From Rhynchobatus australiae (taxonomy: Eukaryota), in NCBI GenBank assembly GCA_034780895.1, contig JAUZTB010000069.1, positions 9,077,476 through 9,141,475 of the forward strand: a stretch of 64,000 nucleotides of DNA, in the 5' to 3' direction. Both the position numbers and the translations under genes were made by a program. Below are positions 1 to 11,624 of this stretch, piece after piece. Below the pieces are notes generated by a model that saw nothing but the letters and a program-made list of their open reading frames with translations, did not search any database and was not told the DNA's origin. Each line of letters starts with the position of its first letter. The stretch's first letter is position 1.

Positions 1-490
1 CCCTGTTGGGTCTGGGAGGGGTGGGGGTGAGAGCAGAGGTGCGGGAAATGGCAGAGATATGGGTGCAAGCTCTCTCGATCGCAGTTGGGGGGGAAGTCAC
101 GGTTAGAAAAGAAGTTGGACATCTTGGATGTCCTGGAGTGGAAAGCCTCATCATGGGAGCAGACGCAGCAGAGGCGGAGAAATTGAGCTCAGGGATCCTG
201 TCCTTGCAAGAGACAGGGTGGAAGGACCTGTAATTGAGGTAGCTGTGGGCATCATTGGGTTTGTAGATGTCTCAGATAGTCTAAGTGAAATGGAGAGCTG
301 GGTGAAAATTTGTGGCGAAATTTATTACACAGTTGAGTTTTGCACAGGCACAAGAGGTGACACCAATGCAGTCACTGATATAGTGGAGAAAAAAATTGAG
401 GAATGGGAACGGAGTAGGCTTGGACCAGAGACTGTTCAACATGCCCAACGAAGACACAGGCATAGCTGGGGCCCACACGAGTGCCCATAG
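1..490 (-). mobile_element. Penelope-like retroelement reverse transcriptase fragment (degenerate)
   Basis: Minus-strand translation gives MGTRVGPSYACVF..., FLHYISDCIG (decayed YIDD) and INFATNFHPALHFT, with frameshifts and stops. Confidence 0.75.
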
Positions 491-3289
491 CTACGTGCTT
501 GGTCTAATTCTTACTCAGATGCGTTTTCTGTCACAATATAGTTCTCAGATTAAAGCTCACTGTGATATAATTTAGTAAGCTTGCAACTGAAGCTCTAAAA
601 CACCTGGAATTTTATTTAAAGCATAAACACAATTACTTGACGTGACTTTCAATAAGTGCAAGTGTTTCATGCTGGGAGAATCTCATAACTGGAGGCATCC
701 ATATTCTCAACCCCTTCTAAAATCTGACCTCTTCAAAGTGTTGAGCTATCCATTGCCTGGAGTGCAGAGTGAAGTTTCATTTGTGGCTTCTCTCTACATA
801 TATAAAAATTACACAGTTGAATATAATCGTTTCTGCATCTGCATAAAATAAAACCAGGTCAATGGTTCATAGAAACTAAAGTGGCATTTGGGACACAAAC
901 AGCCCACTTCTTACACTTCCCACATCTCCTGTTTCAGGGCAGTTCAAATGATGCTTGTGATTATTAGATAATTTGTGACAAAATTAAGAATATTTAATAC
1001 AGAGATTATGATAATTAAGGGAAACTATTATTTTCTCATTGCTCATTAACGGACAAAATAGAGATAATCAGTGAAATATTCAATCTACATGCTGAACATT
1101 TGTTATCTGAAAATTATCACCCTTTCTCATTTCCAGATATTTACGGTATAAAGAGGCCTGCCTTTCTATATCTTGGGGAAGGGTGATAAATTGGATCTTG
1201 TATAGGTACGTTCACTTCCATTAGTGATCATAAGATAGTTCTGTTAAAGTCTACAAAAACAATGGCTCAATTTTTGCTGTAAGAGCAATGGCAAAGAGTA
1301 TCCAGTGCAAAGAGACAGGCACGCACATATCATATACTGTTAATACAGGTTAAAGCTGACAACAATGTCTAACATCTATATTCTTGCACACAGAAAATAC
1401 GGATGTTTCTATCAAATGTACTGTTCCACATCAGGATCATTGTTACTGTGCTTGCCAATAGGCCAGGCATTGAAATGATGTGTAATTGCAGTAATTATTC
1501 ATAGTTCTGCAATAAATTGAAAATTACAAGGGCAAGTCAATCTCCAGTGATTACAGTAAATGGCAATACTGCCTAACCACCTCTCTGTCCCTGAAAAACT
1601 AATTTTACCTATGTGGAGTTTCACTCCTTCAANNNNNNNNNNNNNNNNNNNNNNNNNNNNNNNNNNNNNNNNNNNNNNNNNNNNNNNNNNNNNNNNNNNN
1701 NNNNNNNNNNNNNNNNNNNNNNNNNNNNNNNNNNNNNNNNNNNNNNNNNNNNNNNNNNNNNNNNNNNNNNNNNNNNNNNNNNNNNNNNNNNNNNNNNNNN
1801 NNNNNNNNNNNNNNNNNNNNNNNNNNNNNNNNNNNNNNNNNNNNNNNNNNNNNNNNNNNNNNNNNNNNNNNNNNNNNNNNNNNNNNNNNNNNNNNNNNNN
1901 NNNNNNNNNNNNNNNNNNNNNNNNNNNNNNNNNNNNNNNNNNNNNNNNNNNNNNNNNNNNNNNNNNNNNNNNNNNNNNNNAGATGCAATATTAGGTAGTT
2001 CCTCAAAGTTGATGTCTGATTAACCAGTACAATCTTTAGATTAAGATAATTATCTTACTGGATCAGACATGGAATTAATAGAAATCTCCACTGGCAAACC
2101 TGTAAAAAAAGACACTGGGCAATTGTGTGAGAGATGAATGATGAACACTGTTCCTCTATCACCTGGGAAAAACGACGCACACAAAACTTTATATTTCTGT
2201 TTCTCAAAAAACTCAGAACTGAAGCATTAAGATCTAATTTTCCCTGTGATGTCAATATTACCCAATGGGTAATATACCATGAAGAAAGAGCACTTATATT
2301 GAGTACAATGCCAAAAATAAATTATTCCCTTAAATACCCAAGAGTGCAACATTAAGCAGGTGCACAAATTTGATATCCAATTAAATATTATAGTCTTTAG
2401 ATTAAGGAAATAATTAGCTAAAGCTTTGTTGATAATATTTTCAGTTAACAGTTTATGGCATTACTTCAGCTCCCACCTGTTTTTATGCCCCGCTTTACAA
2501 TATTTGCATAAAACTCATTTGCTGGCGGGATTTTGTTTTGGAGGATACTATGAAATTATCTTCTGTTACACATGCTCTAATCAGACTTAACATAATTATG
2601 ACTTTGTAAGCTTTTATCATCCTNNNNNNNNNNTGGATCCAGCTTATCCTGGCCATTGAAAGCACCATTTAAAGCACAAACAACACTTCTACTGGTAGCT
2701 GAATTGTAAAACAGCTGTCTAGAGTGCACAAATACAAAAAAGTGATACGATTCCCATTTACTACTTCACTTTCATTTTACAATAATAGCCAGAAACTTCC
2801 ATTCAGTGAAGAGATAACGCTTGCCGTGACCTTGAAAAACCCAGCACACACAATTCAAATTGAAGCTTCCATCATTTCACTGATTATGTTGATTGCATCT
2901 GTGGAGTCTGTATCAGCACATGCTGTGAAGGAGTAGGGTATCACTGAAAGCAGCTTCAGGACTTCCGAGATTAAATGCATCAATATGGATGCCAGAAGTT
3001 GCTTCCAATTTCACAAAGTAATAAAGGTCCTGCCATCATTAAGGGCAATTAGGATGGGAAATAAACGCTGGCCTTACCTGCAACATGTGCATCCTGGAAA
3101 ATAAAAACTGTTTTTACATATGGATTTATAAAACTATTGGAGAATATTTATTCATTATTTTACCTCATTATGTAAGGAAATAGTTTAGTGATTTCATTAT
3201 ATTCTGAGCTCTGCTTCAGAACAGGGTACTTTTTCATTTCTTATTAGTGTTTGTAATATACTGTAGGGACCTGGTGAGACCATACATGA

Positions 3290-3795
3290 AGCACTGTTAG
3301 TCTTGACAGGACAACATACTGGCTATAGAAGGGGTGAAGATTCACCAGACTGGTACCTGGCACGGTGGGTCTAGTATACGAGGAGGAAATGAGTAGGTTT
3401 AGATTCTATTTCTAGAGTTTAGAGGAACAAGAGGTCACTGTATCGAGACATATAAAATACAGAGCTTGACAAGGTAGATGCGAATGGGATATTCCTTTGG
3501 GATAAGGAGTCTAGAATTAAGGGTCAAAGACTCAAAGGGATAGGCCATTTGGGACTGAAATGAGAACAAACCTCTTCACTTAGAGGTTGGTAAATCTTCA
3601 GAACTGTCTACCCAAGAGAGCTGTGGACTCTCAGTCATTGATTGCATTCAATACAGAATCAATAGATTGATAGAATTAAGGGATAACGGGGATACAGAAG
3701 AAAGATGGTGCTCAGGTACAAGATCAGCCATAATCGCTGAATGGTTAAGCAGGCTAGATGAGCCAAATGGCTTATTCCTGTTTCTATTTTTATGT
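3290..3795 (+). mobile_element. CR1/HER1-type LINE 3' fragment
   Basis: Degenerate C-terminal ORF2 and 3' UTR motifs (gacatataaaat, ttcacttagaggttggtaaatc, agatcagccat...gaatgg, ggcttattcctg). Confidence 0.65.
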
Positions 3796-4042
3796 TTAGC
3801 AAAATGGATTGATTTGCTTTTCAAACGCTCCTATCACAATTTGCATTAATTTTTAGTCTCTATAACTAAATTGAAATAACAGCAGATTCCATTCACTGTA
3901 GGACATTATCAGGGTACTTAATGCTGGATCATCACGTAATGGGTCTCTCATCAAGATTAATGGCTGTTCTTTCAATTATTTATCAAGAACCAGAAGACAT
4001 TTTCAAAATCCTGTGCCAAACATTTGTTGTACGGCAGGTGAA

Positions 4043-5135
4043 CCCTTTTGTGAAAGAGCTGTACATGGACGAACCCTTTTGTCAAACAGCTCACCAAAGG
4101 GTTCATCCACTTGCCACGTTTTGGGAGCCACTTCTCAGCAAAGATAGGCATTGAAGGCAATGGTAAATCTCATTATCAATGTGCTAGCACAACATTTGGC
4201 CAATTGAGGAAAAGGATACTTGAAGATTGAGGCAGCAGACTATAAGTTTTGTGCTGGGTCTGCTGTCTTGATCTTAAAATATCCTTTTCCTCAACTGACC
4301 AAATGCTGTGCTAGCACATTGAAGACAATGTCGAACTTCCTCGTCAATGCCAACATTTGCTGAGGAGTCGCGCCCAAGACAAAAGGTTTACCAGGATCTC
4401 ATTGTGGAGCTTTATTGTCGGAGGACAGTGTAGTGTAATGGGGGCAGATAAACAGTTGTTTGAGGACCCAAGCTTTGCAAATGCTGAGTTTAAGGCCCAT
4501 TATCTCATGTGTTTCAGTGAATGTGTTGATAACATTTGTTGTACAGCAGGTGAAACAGCTGCATTTAGACAAATCTTGGAGCTTGGCCTCTCAATACATG
4601 TAAACACAAGTATAGTCTGCATACTGCAGAGTGACTGACCTTAGCTCTGAGCGTAGTTACTGTGAGACCTGTTCTAACTACAGCAGGTATCTTAGTGCTC
4701 TGGAAAAATACCACCAACGCCTTCTTCACATAATCCTCCAAATTTATTTTAAGGATAAGCAAACCTCACAGACTCCTGAAACAGACACTTTATTCCATGC
4801 TCTGATGTGGGAGGAGAATACTAGGTAGACAGAAAATAGACTGAAGAAGTGAACATCTGGAATGACTCCTGGGAACCCCTAGCCCAGGAGAAGTGGAGAA
4901 GCAGTATTTGGGACGGCATTGAAAACCTCAAGTGCATGTGTTAGGAGCACAGAGAGGCTCTGGGTAAGCAGCAGAAGCAGCGCACTACCTCACAAAACAA
5001 TTCTCCACTTGCCCCACCTTCTGGTCCACCTGTACAAGAGTGATTCTCACAATGGCATCATTAGCCAACTCAGAACCCACAGAGTGGAAGGGGATCACCT
5101 TCAATCCCGGGGAAATGCAATAAGAAGATTTACAG
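4043..5135. mobile_element. Rearranged RTE-clade LINE fragments (plus-strand pieces with an inverted piece at about 4258-4530)
   Basis: QCASTTFGQLRKRI on + and IDEEVRHCLQCASTAFGQLRKRIF on -; also ETCSNYSRYLSALEKYHQRLLHIILQI on +. Confidence 0.7.
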
Positions 5136-6009
5136 ATTAGTTTGGGTTACCCTTAAATGTTTCTTTGGCAAAATCTTCATCTTCTTTCAACTAATTGGCC
5201 TCACTTTTTTTTGTTCCATTTCTGTTCTGGCCTTTTGTCACCATTGTCAGGCCATTGACCAGAGCATCACTCAAACAAAGTGGACTGCTCAGGAGTCTAT
5301 ATGAGCATTTTGAAAACCACCATCTAGCATTCTGAAAGCAAAATATCAATTCTGCATGCTTGATGTTTAATGCCAGCAAGGAGTTTTATCAGTGAGGAAA
5401 GACAGTATTTTTCCATGGTGCTATGTTTTCAGTTTCAAGCCTTAATTACATGGCAATTTATGTACTACTATAAAACAATTATATATCCTGGTTACAATTT
5501 ATTGATTAAATTAGAGTTTAACTGGAGATCAGGAACTCAGCTAAATGGCACAAAGAAAGAAAGATTGGGCTTGCATTTTCAGTTAGTAGTCTTACAATCA
5601 CAACTTTCCTATTGATCCCTGAAAGATCACGTAGAAAGCATAAGCTGGACTTTAATATCTTCCTTACATTTTATAACATATGTAAATGTTTACTATGTTT
5701 TATTCTCCCTTGCTACATCCTAATCAAAGGATTGGGCAAGCAATTCATCCTCTTATCTTAAGCATTGCTTGGACCGACCAGAGACAATGATCCGGCCATG
5801 CTCTGTGGATATTCACTGGCTTGTTGGCCTTCGCTTTCTACTAGAATTAACAATTTCGATCTAGGAACCAGTTTCAAATTTCAACTGATGGCTGATTCCT
5901 CAATCTAACTGCATAACATCCTCTTCATTTGAAAATTAAATGGTGAAAATTCTTAGAGGATTCTTTGTGCTGTTATTATTGATTGTACTCCTAACAAATT
6001 TAATGCATG

Positions 6010-6968
6010 GTAGGGCCCTTGGGAGGAACACAGACCTCTGAGTACATCTAAGAATCTCTAAAGGTGGCAACACAGGAAGATAAGATGCTGAAGATGGCAT
6101 GTGGAAAACTCGCTTTCATTTGTTAGTGCCTGGAATATAATAGCCAGGAGGTGATGGTACAACTTTATAAAGCCTAGGGTTAGGCCACACTAGAGTATAG
6201 TGTGTAGTTCTGGTTGCCATACTAAGAGGAGGATGTGGTTTTACTGGAAAGGGTGCGGTTTTACTGGAAAGGGTGGCAACCAGAACGTTGCCTGGGATAG
6301 AAAATTTCAGTTATGAGTAGAGACTGGATAGGTTAGGTTTGTTTTTCTTGGAGCAGAGCAGGCTGAAGGGGGACCTGATAAAGCTATACAAAATTATGAA
6401 GGGCATATGTAGGGTAGATAGTAAGAGACCTCTCCCTGTAGTGGAGGTGGCTAACCCAAGGCCATAGGTTTAGAGTAAGAGGCGAGGTTCATCTGGGGTA
6501 TGGTTGGAACCTGGAACACACTGACTGAGGGGATGATGGAGGCAGACTCTCACAACGTTTAAGCATCTAGACGAGCACTTGAATTGCAAAAGGCATAGAA
6601 GGCTACATATAAAGTTCTAGTAAATGGGGTTAATATAGATGTGGACACAAATGACTGCAGGTACCAGACTCTGGAGCAACAAGCNNNNNNNNNNNNNNNN
6701 NNNNNNNNNNNNNNNNNNNNNNNNNNNNNNNNNNNNNNNNNNNNNNNNNNNNNNNNNNNNNNNNNNNNNNNNNNNNNNNNNNNNNNNNNNNNNNNNNNNN
6801 NNNNNNNNNNNNNNNNNNNNNNNNNNNNNNNNNNNNNNNNNNNNNNNNNNNNNNNNNNNNNNNNNNNNNNNNNNNNNNNNNNNNNNNNNNNNNNNNNNNN
6901 NNNNNNNNNNNNNNNNNNNNGGACATGGTGGGCAGAAGGGCCATTTTGTGTTGTATGACTATGACTCA
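6010..6968 (+). mobile_element. CR1/HER1-type LINE 3' fragment (interrupted by a gap)
   Basis: ggttaggccacactagagtat...gttctggttgccat; ttggagcagagcaggctgaagggggacctgata; 3' end gggcagaagggcc...ttgtatgactatgact. Confidence 0.7.
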
Positions 6969-8949
6969 ATGGTAGCACGGTTTTTTGGCATTACAAATAA
7001 AATCACATTTACTAGGATGTTTTGTATTTATATATTCAGCTTCTTGTTGCCCTGTTTGGATCAATATTCTGCTATATCTGTAAATCTTTCATCAGTAGGA
7101 CATAACCACCAAAGTGAAAGCCACTAAATTAAAGGTTATGCCCCAGAATCAAATTTTCTGCTGACAAAAAATTATAGCGTAATTCAGTTTGTTTACAAAG
7201 TGCACCTTCAGATTGGAAGTATATGACATACACATGATTACTTCAGGGATTGTAGTTAATATTTCTTTCACATCACTAAAATTCAAATTTTGACTTATAG
7301 AATGAACATAAAACCAAATAAGGTGAGAAGTGGCTTGCATAAGCCTTAAATACCAGACATTTACTGGAAATAAGTTACTTTTAAAGATTTGATCATATTT
7401 GAATTTTTCATTTGCAATAAATGAACTTGAATGTGAGGCATCAATTATTTGTCTGTAGCCCAGGCCATTAAATCACTGTGAAAAAGATACGAGCTTCAGG
7501 TGACATCAGAAGGGTATCATCTCGATGGAGACAAGGTGACCTATTCTGAGAAAGTCTAAAAATTGTACTAATTCCCTAAATGGCCAGTGGACAAAACATC
7601 ACTACCTATTGAACAAGCAAGCTTGGTAAAACTCAGATGCTCAGTCAGGTAATCTATTCTTGAATTATATGCATGATCAGCATAATATTAAAATTATTTT
7701 CTTGAATCAGCTCAATGGATCTCTGTCTTACAACTGCACAACATAATCCCTCGTTCAAATATGTTTAACTTTAAGGGTATAATGTCTATCTCAAATGTAC
7801 AACAAACTGCATTATTTTTGATCATGCATTTTTATTTAATTGAGCTGTTAATGGCATGGTCATTTGTCTAAATGCTTCTGTTGATGAGCATGTTGTGGGT
7901 AAATTCTACATCATTATTCGCCAATGCCAGGAAAAACAGTATTTTAAGCAGTGAGAGTAAAAAAAAATCAATATGAAGTGCTCATTAATCTGAGATTCAG
8001 GATTTGATTGAAAACTTCATGAGGCCCTAGGCATAGGAGTCTGATTTATGTATTAGAAGGGTCTTCCCTTCTCAAATGGGCCTGGGCCCATTTATAGGAT
8101 GAGGGCATGGCTGGAAAAGTAAGGATTAACCATACATCTCTAACTGCCCTTAAGAAGCTTCTTTCTTAAACTGCTGCAATCTACACAATGCAGCATCTGT
8201 GTGGCAGTGGTCATTCCAATCTTGTGGATTGGACACATCCACAATTGTGGATTGCATCACAATGCAGCCTCTGTGTGGCATGTGGTCAGTCCAATCTTGT
8301 TCCTGGTCAACAGTGACCCTTAGTTTATTGACAGTGAGGTACTGCCATTGGATATCAAGGGTAGGTGGTTAAACTCACTCTTGCTGTGGATGGTCTCTGC
8401 CTGGCATGAATGCTACTTGCAAATTATCAGCCTGTGTGTGGATGTCATCTCCACCTTGTTGAATGCAAACACACTGCTCGAGTTCCAAAGCAGCTGCAGA
8501 TGGAACTAAGCACTGGACATGAAAGGGTCTGGGTCATTGGCTGAAAGTTATCAATATACAAATATGACTAGGTTATTGCTTGACCACTCTGCTTCAATCT
8601 AAATTTTCCCTGCACTAGTAGTCTTTTTTGCCTTTTATCAACATTTCCTGCCCATATAATGAAGAATTTTGTGTAAATGTGACCTCTAATTATGAAAAAT
8701 TATTTTAAGTTCAAATTGTTGTTAGAGAAAGCTTAGAGTTTCTTGTTGTAATTAAATTCTAGTAGTCTTACATTTTAGTAAAATAGGAATTCTTTGCCAG
8801 ATAAGTGTGCATATTTTCCAAGTACCTTTTTAAAATTATTAATACAATAAGAAATAAGTGCTAAGGAATGGCACAAATATACCTCATTACCATTTAGCAA
8901 TTCCAGACCAGTTAAAACATAATTAATTATGAAGTATTATAAAGCTAGG

Positions 8950-9790
8950 TGGCAGTGTGGACTATGGCAGGATTCAGAGAAGCTTCATTGGGTCAGAGAC
9001 AGGCTAAGGAAATAGCCAAGGACATGGCAGAAGGAAGAGAAATGTGAAACAATTAGGTCATCCACATTGGTAGAAAAAATAGAAAGGTACCATTTTATTT
9101 TAAGATGGTGAGAGACTGGAAGTTGGGACTGTTCAGAGAATCACTGCAAGTTAATATGCAGGTTCACCAAGCAATTAGAAAGGCAAACAATACATCTGTC
9201 TTTCTTGCAAGAGGATTTGAGTTCAGGAGTAAAGGCACCTTGCTCCGATTATATTGAAGTTTGATAAGACTGTATCTGGAAAATTGCACATAGGTCTGAT
9301 CTGCCTACCCAAGGAAAAATCTACCTGCAATGGTTCACTGGCATGATTCATGAAAAGGTGGGGTTGACATGCGAGGACAGATTAAGCATAGTAGGCCTGC
9401 ACTCTAAGTTTAAAAGAACAAAAGGTGATCCCATTAAAATATACAAAATTCTCACAGGGCTTGAAATGGTAGATTGGTTTATGTTTCTTTACATCTCTGC
9501 CCTTAATGGCTGACCCCTTACTATGACCCCTGGGGTGTCTGGAACCAGGGGTCAGCCATTAAGGACAGAGATGCAAAAAAATGTCTTCACCCAAAGGGTG
9601 GTGAGGTACTGGAATTCACTGTGGAGGCTCAGTTGAGTGCATTCAAGACAGATTAATTTTTTTTCCCCAAGTATCATGGGGTTTGTGTAGAAAAGTCCTG
9701 AGGTTAAAGAAAAATCAGCCATGATCCTTATGAATAGCAGAGCAGAAGGGTCAAATGGTCTACTGCAGCTACTTTTTATTATGTCCTTAT
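8950..9790 (+). mobile_element. CR1-type LINE 3' fragment
   Basis: Same degenerate ORF2 tail and 3' UTR motifs as the other CR1 copies (aggatttgagttcaggagtaaagg; ttcacccaaagggtggtg; tcagccatgatc). Confidence 0.65.
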
Positions 9791-10747
9791 ACATGTTCTA
9801 GTAAAGCTGTACTTGTGCTGCTCTTGAAATACACCTCAACCCAAACACCAGGATCAGCTCTGTGGTGGGTACTCCAGCCAACTGCTGACAGGACAGAGAC
9901 TGTACAATTCAGGTTCATGGTTTAAGCTGAGGTGAATTGGAATGCAGGCCTTAGGATGTAAATCCAGTGTTTAATTTATCAACAATAATGATCACTCTTG
10001 AATAAAGGAGATTTTGACATGAGTTACAACCAGTATATGGCACCAACCATTGGTGGAATGATTAGATATTATTGCTCCTTTCATGCAGCATGACGAAGAA
10101 AAAGAACCCCCTGCAGTGAATACAAATTAGACCTGATCTGGTAGAGAGCGTGGTATTCGAAATCTAGTTGGGAGAATGAAATGTGGGAGGGAGGAAAAGA
10201 TTGAGTATATTGTAGTGACTCCCGCAACAGTTGGAGATTTTAATTAATCACATCCCTTCTAAGTCTAGGTTTATAATTCTCTCATTATTTTGCTGGTAAT
10301 GAACAATTTCATGATTCATTTGATATTGCCAGTGGATGTCCCATGGCATGACACACTATGTTAAGAGAAGTGTCATTTTATAGGGATGGGGACATTATGC
10401 AGTACATTATGTTGACTTTTAAGATTATTTGATGCATGGCAATTATAGGACAAGTTCAGACACAGATCAATTAGAGACTACAGACAATGTGGCTTCAGTA
10501 GTTCCCTTAGCTAAGTGTTTTGCCTCCATATTTCACATGAAAGCGTGTTGTTTATTTATACAACTTTCCCAGCATTCATCCACTATTTTCACATGACATC
10601 TTTAGACATACCTTAATAACTTTATAGCTAAAATCATTCAAATTCAATTTCTTCTGCACTTTCTCAAAAACCTAGAGATTCTTCATTTTGTTTTAGAGAA
10701 GCAAAACTTGAACTTTTGTGTTATGTGTCAACGTTAGAGCCACTAAC

Positions 10748-11624
10748 CTGTTTGTGCACCGTGCGTTGTTTCATTTCAGGACTGTCTCCTTTGGATGAGG
10801 ACGACTGCTGTCGCAACTTTGTGCCGGTGCTTGGCCACTCTGATGAGGACTGTACCACACCTCCGCTGGAAGGCCTTGGATACTGAGTGGTGTTGAATAA
10901 TAAGGCGGGTGGTGTCCTACCTCTGGCTGCTGGTGGAGGTTGATCTATTCGTCTTTGTGGGCCAGCACTGTTCTGCCGTGGCACTGACATCTGGGGTATT
11001 TTTTCTGTCAGGGAAAGTTGTCGTCTTGTGAATTCCCCGGTGCGCCTGGCGAAATCCTCTGTGCTTGTGTGACTGTGGAAAGCAGGCTTGTTGGCTGCCA
11101 GTTCTTCGTTATTACTATGTGAGCTAATAGAGCTGTGACATTCTGATCCCGAGTCGGCTACCCCACGTGGTGAAACTGGTATACCTGCTGCCATCTGATA
11201 CACTGGATTTTGAAAAGACAACGGTGCCAAAAGCTGAGGCCTTCCTGGTGCACCATCAGCATTAGGGGTGCTTGCGGTTTGTCCGGGCTTTCGACCAACA
11301 TGCGCAGGGCCAGGACCACCCGGGGCTGCACTTTGCGGTGCTCTTGACTGCCACATTGCCTGTGTTTGCCCACTTGATCCTTGACTGTCATTTAGGGAAT
11401 CACCTGTTGGCGGAACGTTTGTTGTACTCTCCAAACTGCGATTGTCTTGCAAGTCAACCATTGAGACACTTTTATTGCCATTCGGCATTTGTTGATCAGG
11501 TTCATTGGCTTCGGAATAGCTTGAGCTGCGAGCTGGGGATGGCTGTATAGCAGAGGACCTTGTGACAAAAAACAAGTCCTTGTTTTCTGGGGTAGGAGAG
11601 GGTAACCTTGTACAGTCTAATAAA
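10748..11624 (-). CDS. DAB2IP: DAB2IP large coding exon, 877 bp (Ser/Pro-rich region): [20 protein letters not shown]...[12 protein letters not shown]
   Basis: Acceptor cccctttcag|T TTA TTA; donor AAA CAG|gttagt; ORF 10721..11695; motifs [16 protein letters not shown] and [16 protein letters not shown]. Confidence 0.96.

Noticed and set aside
1560-2023. ORFs of 100-165 aa made largely of X (also near 6.6, 17.7, 30.0, 52.0 and 61.4 kb)
   Set aside because: Artefacts of N runs that contain no stop codons.
3972-4160. Minus-strand 62-aa ORF as the next DAB2IP exon
   Set aside because: No similarity to DAB2IP, and it overlaps the RTE relic.
6236-6275. Tandem 20-bp repeat g(t/c)ggttttactggaaagggt
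   Set aside because: Two-copy local duplication within a CR1 relic; not a CRISPR array or satellite.
11158-11550. Overlapping alternative-frame and antisense ORFs in the large exon (similarly 20231..20539, 48459..49004)
   Set aside because: Shadow ORFs of real DAB2IP exons with no independent support.
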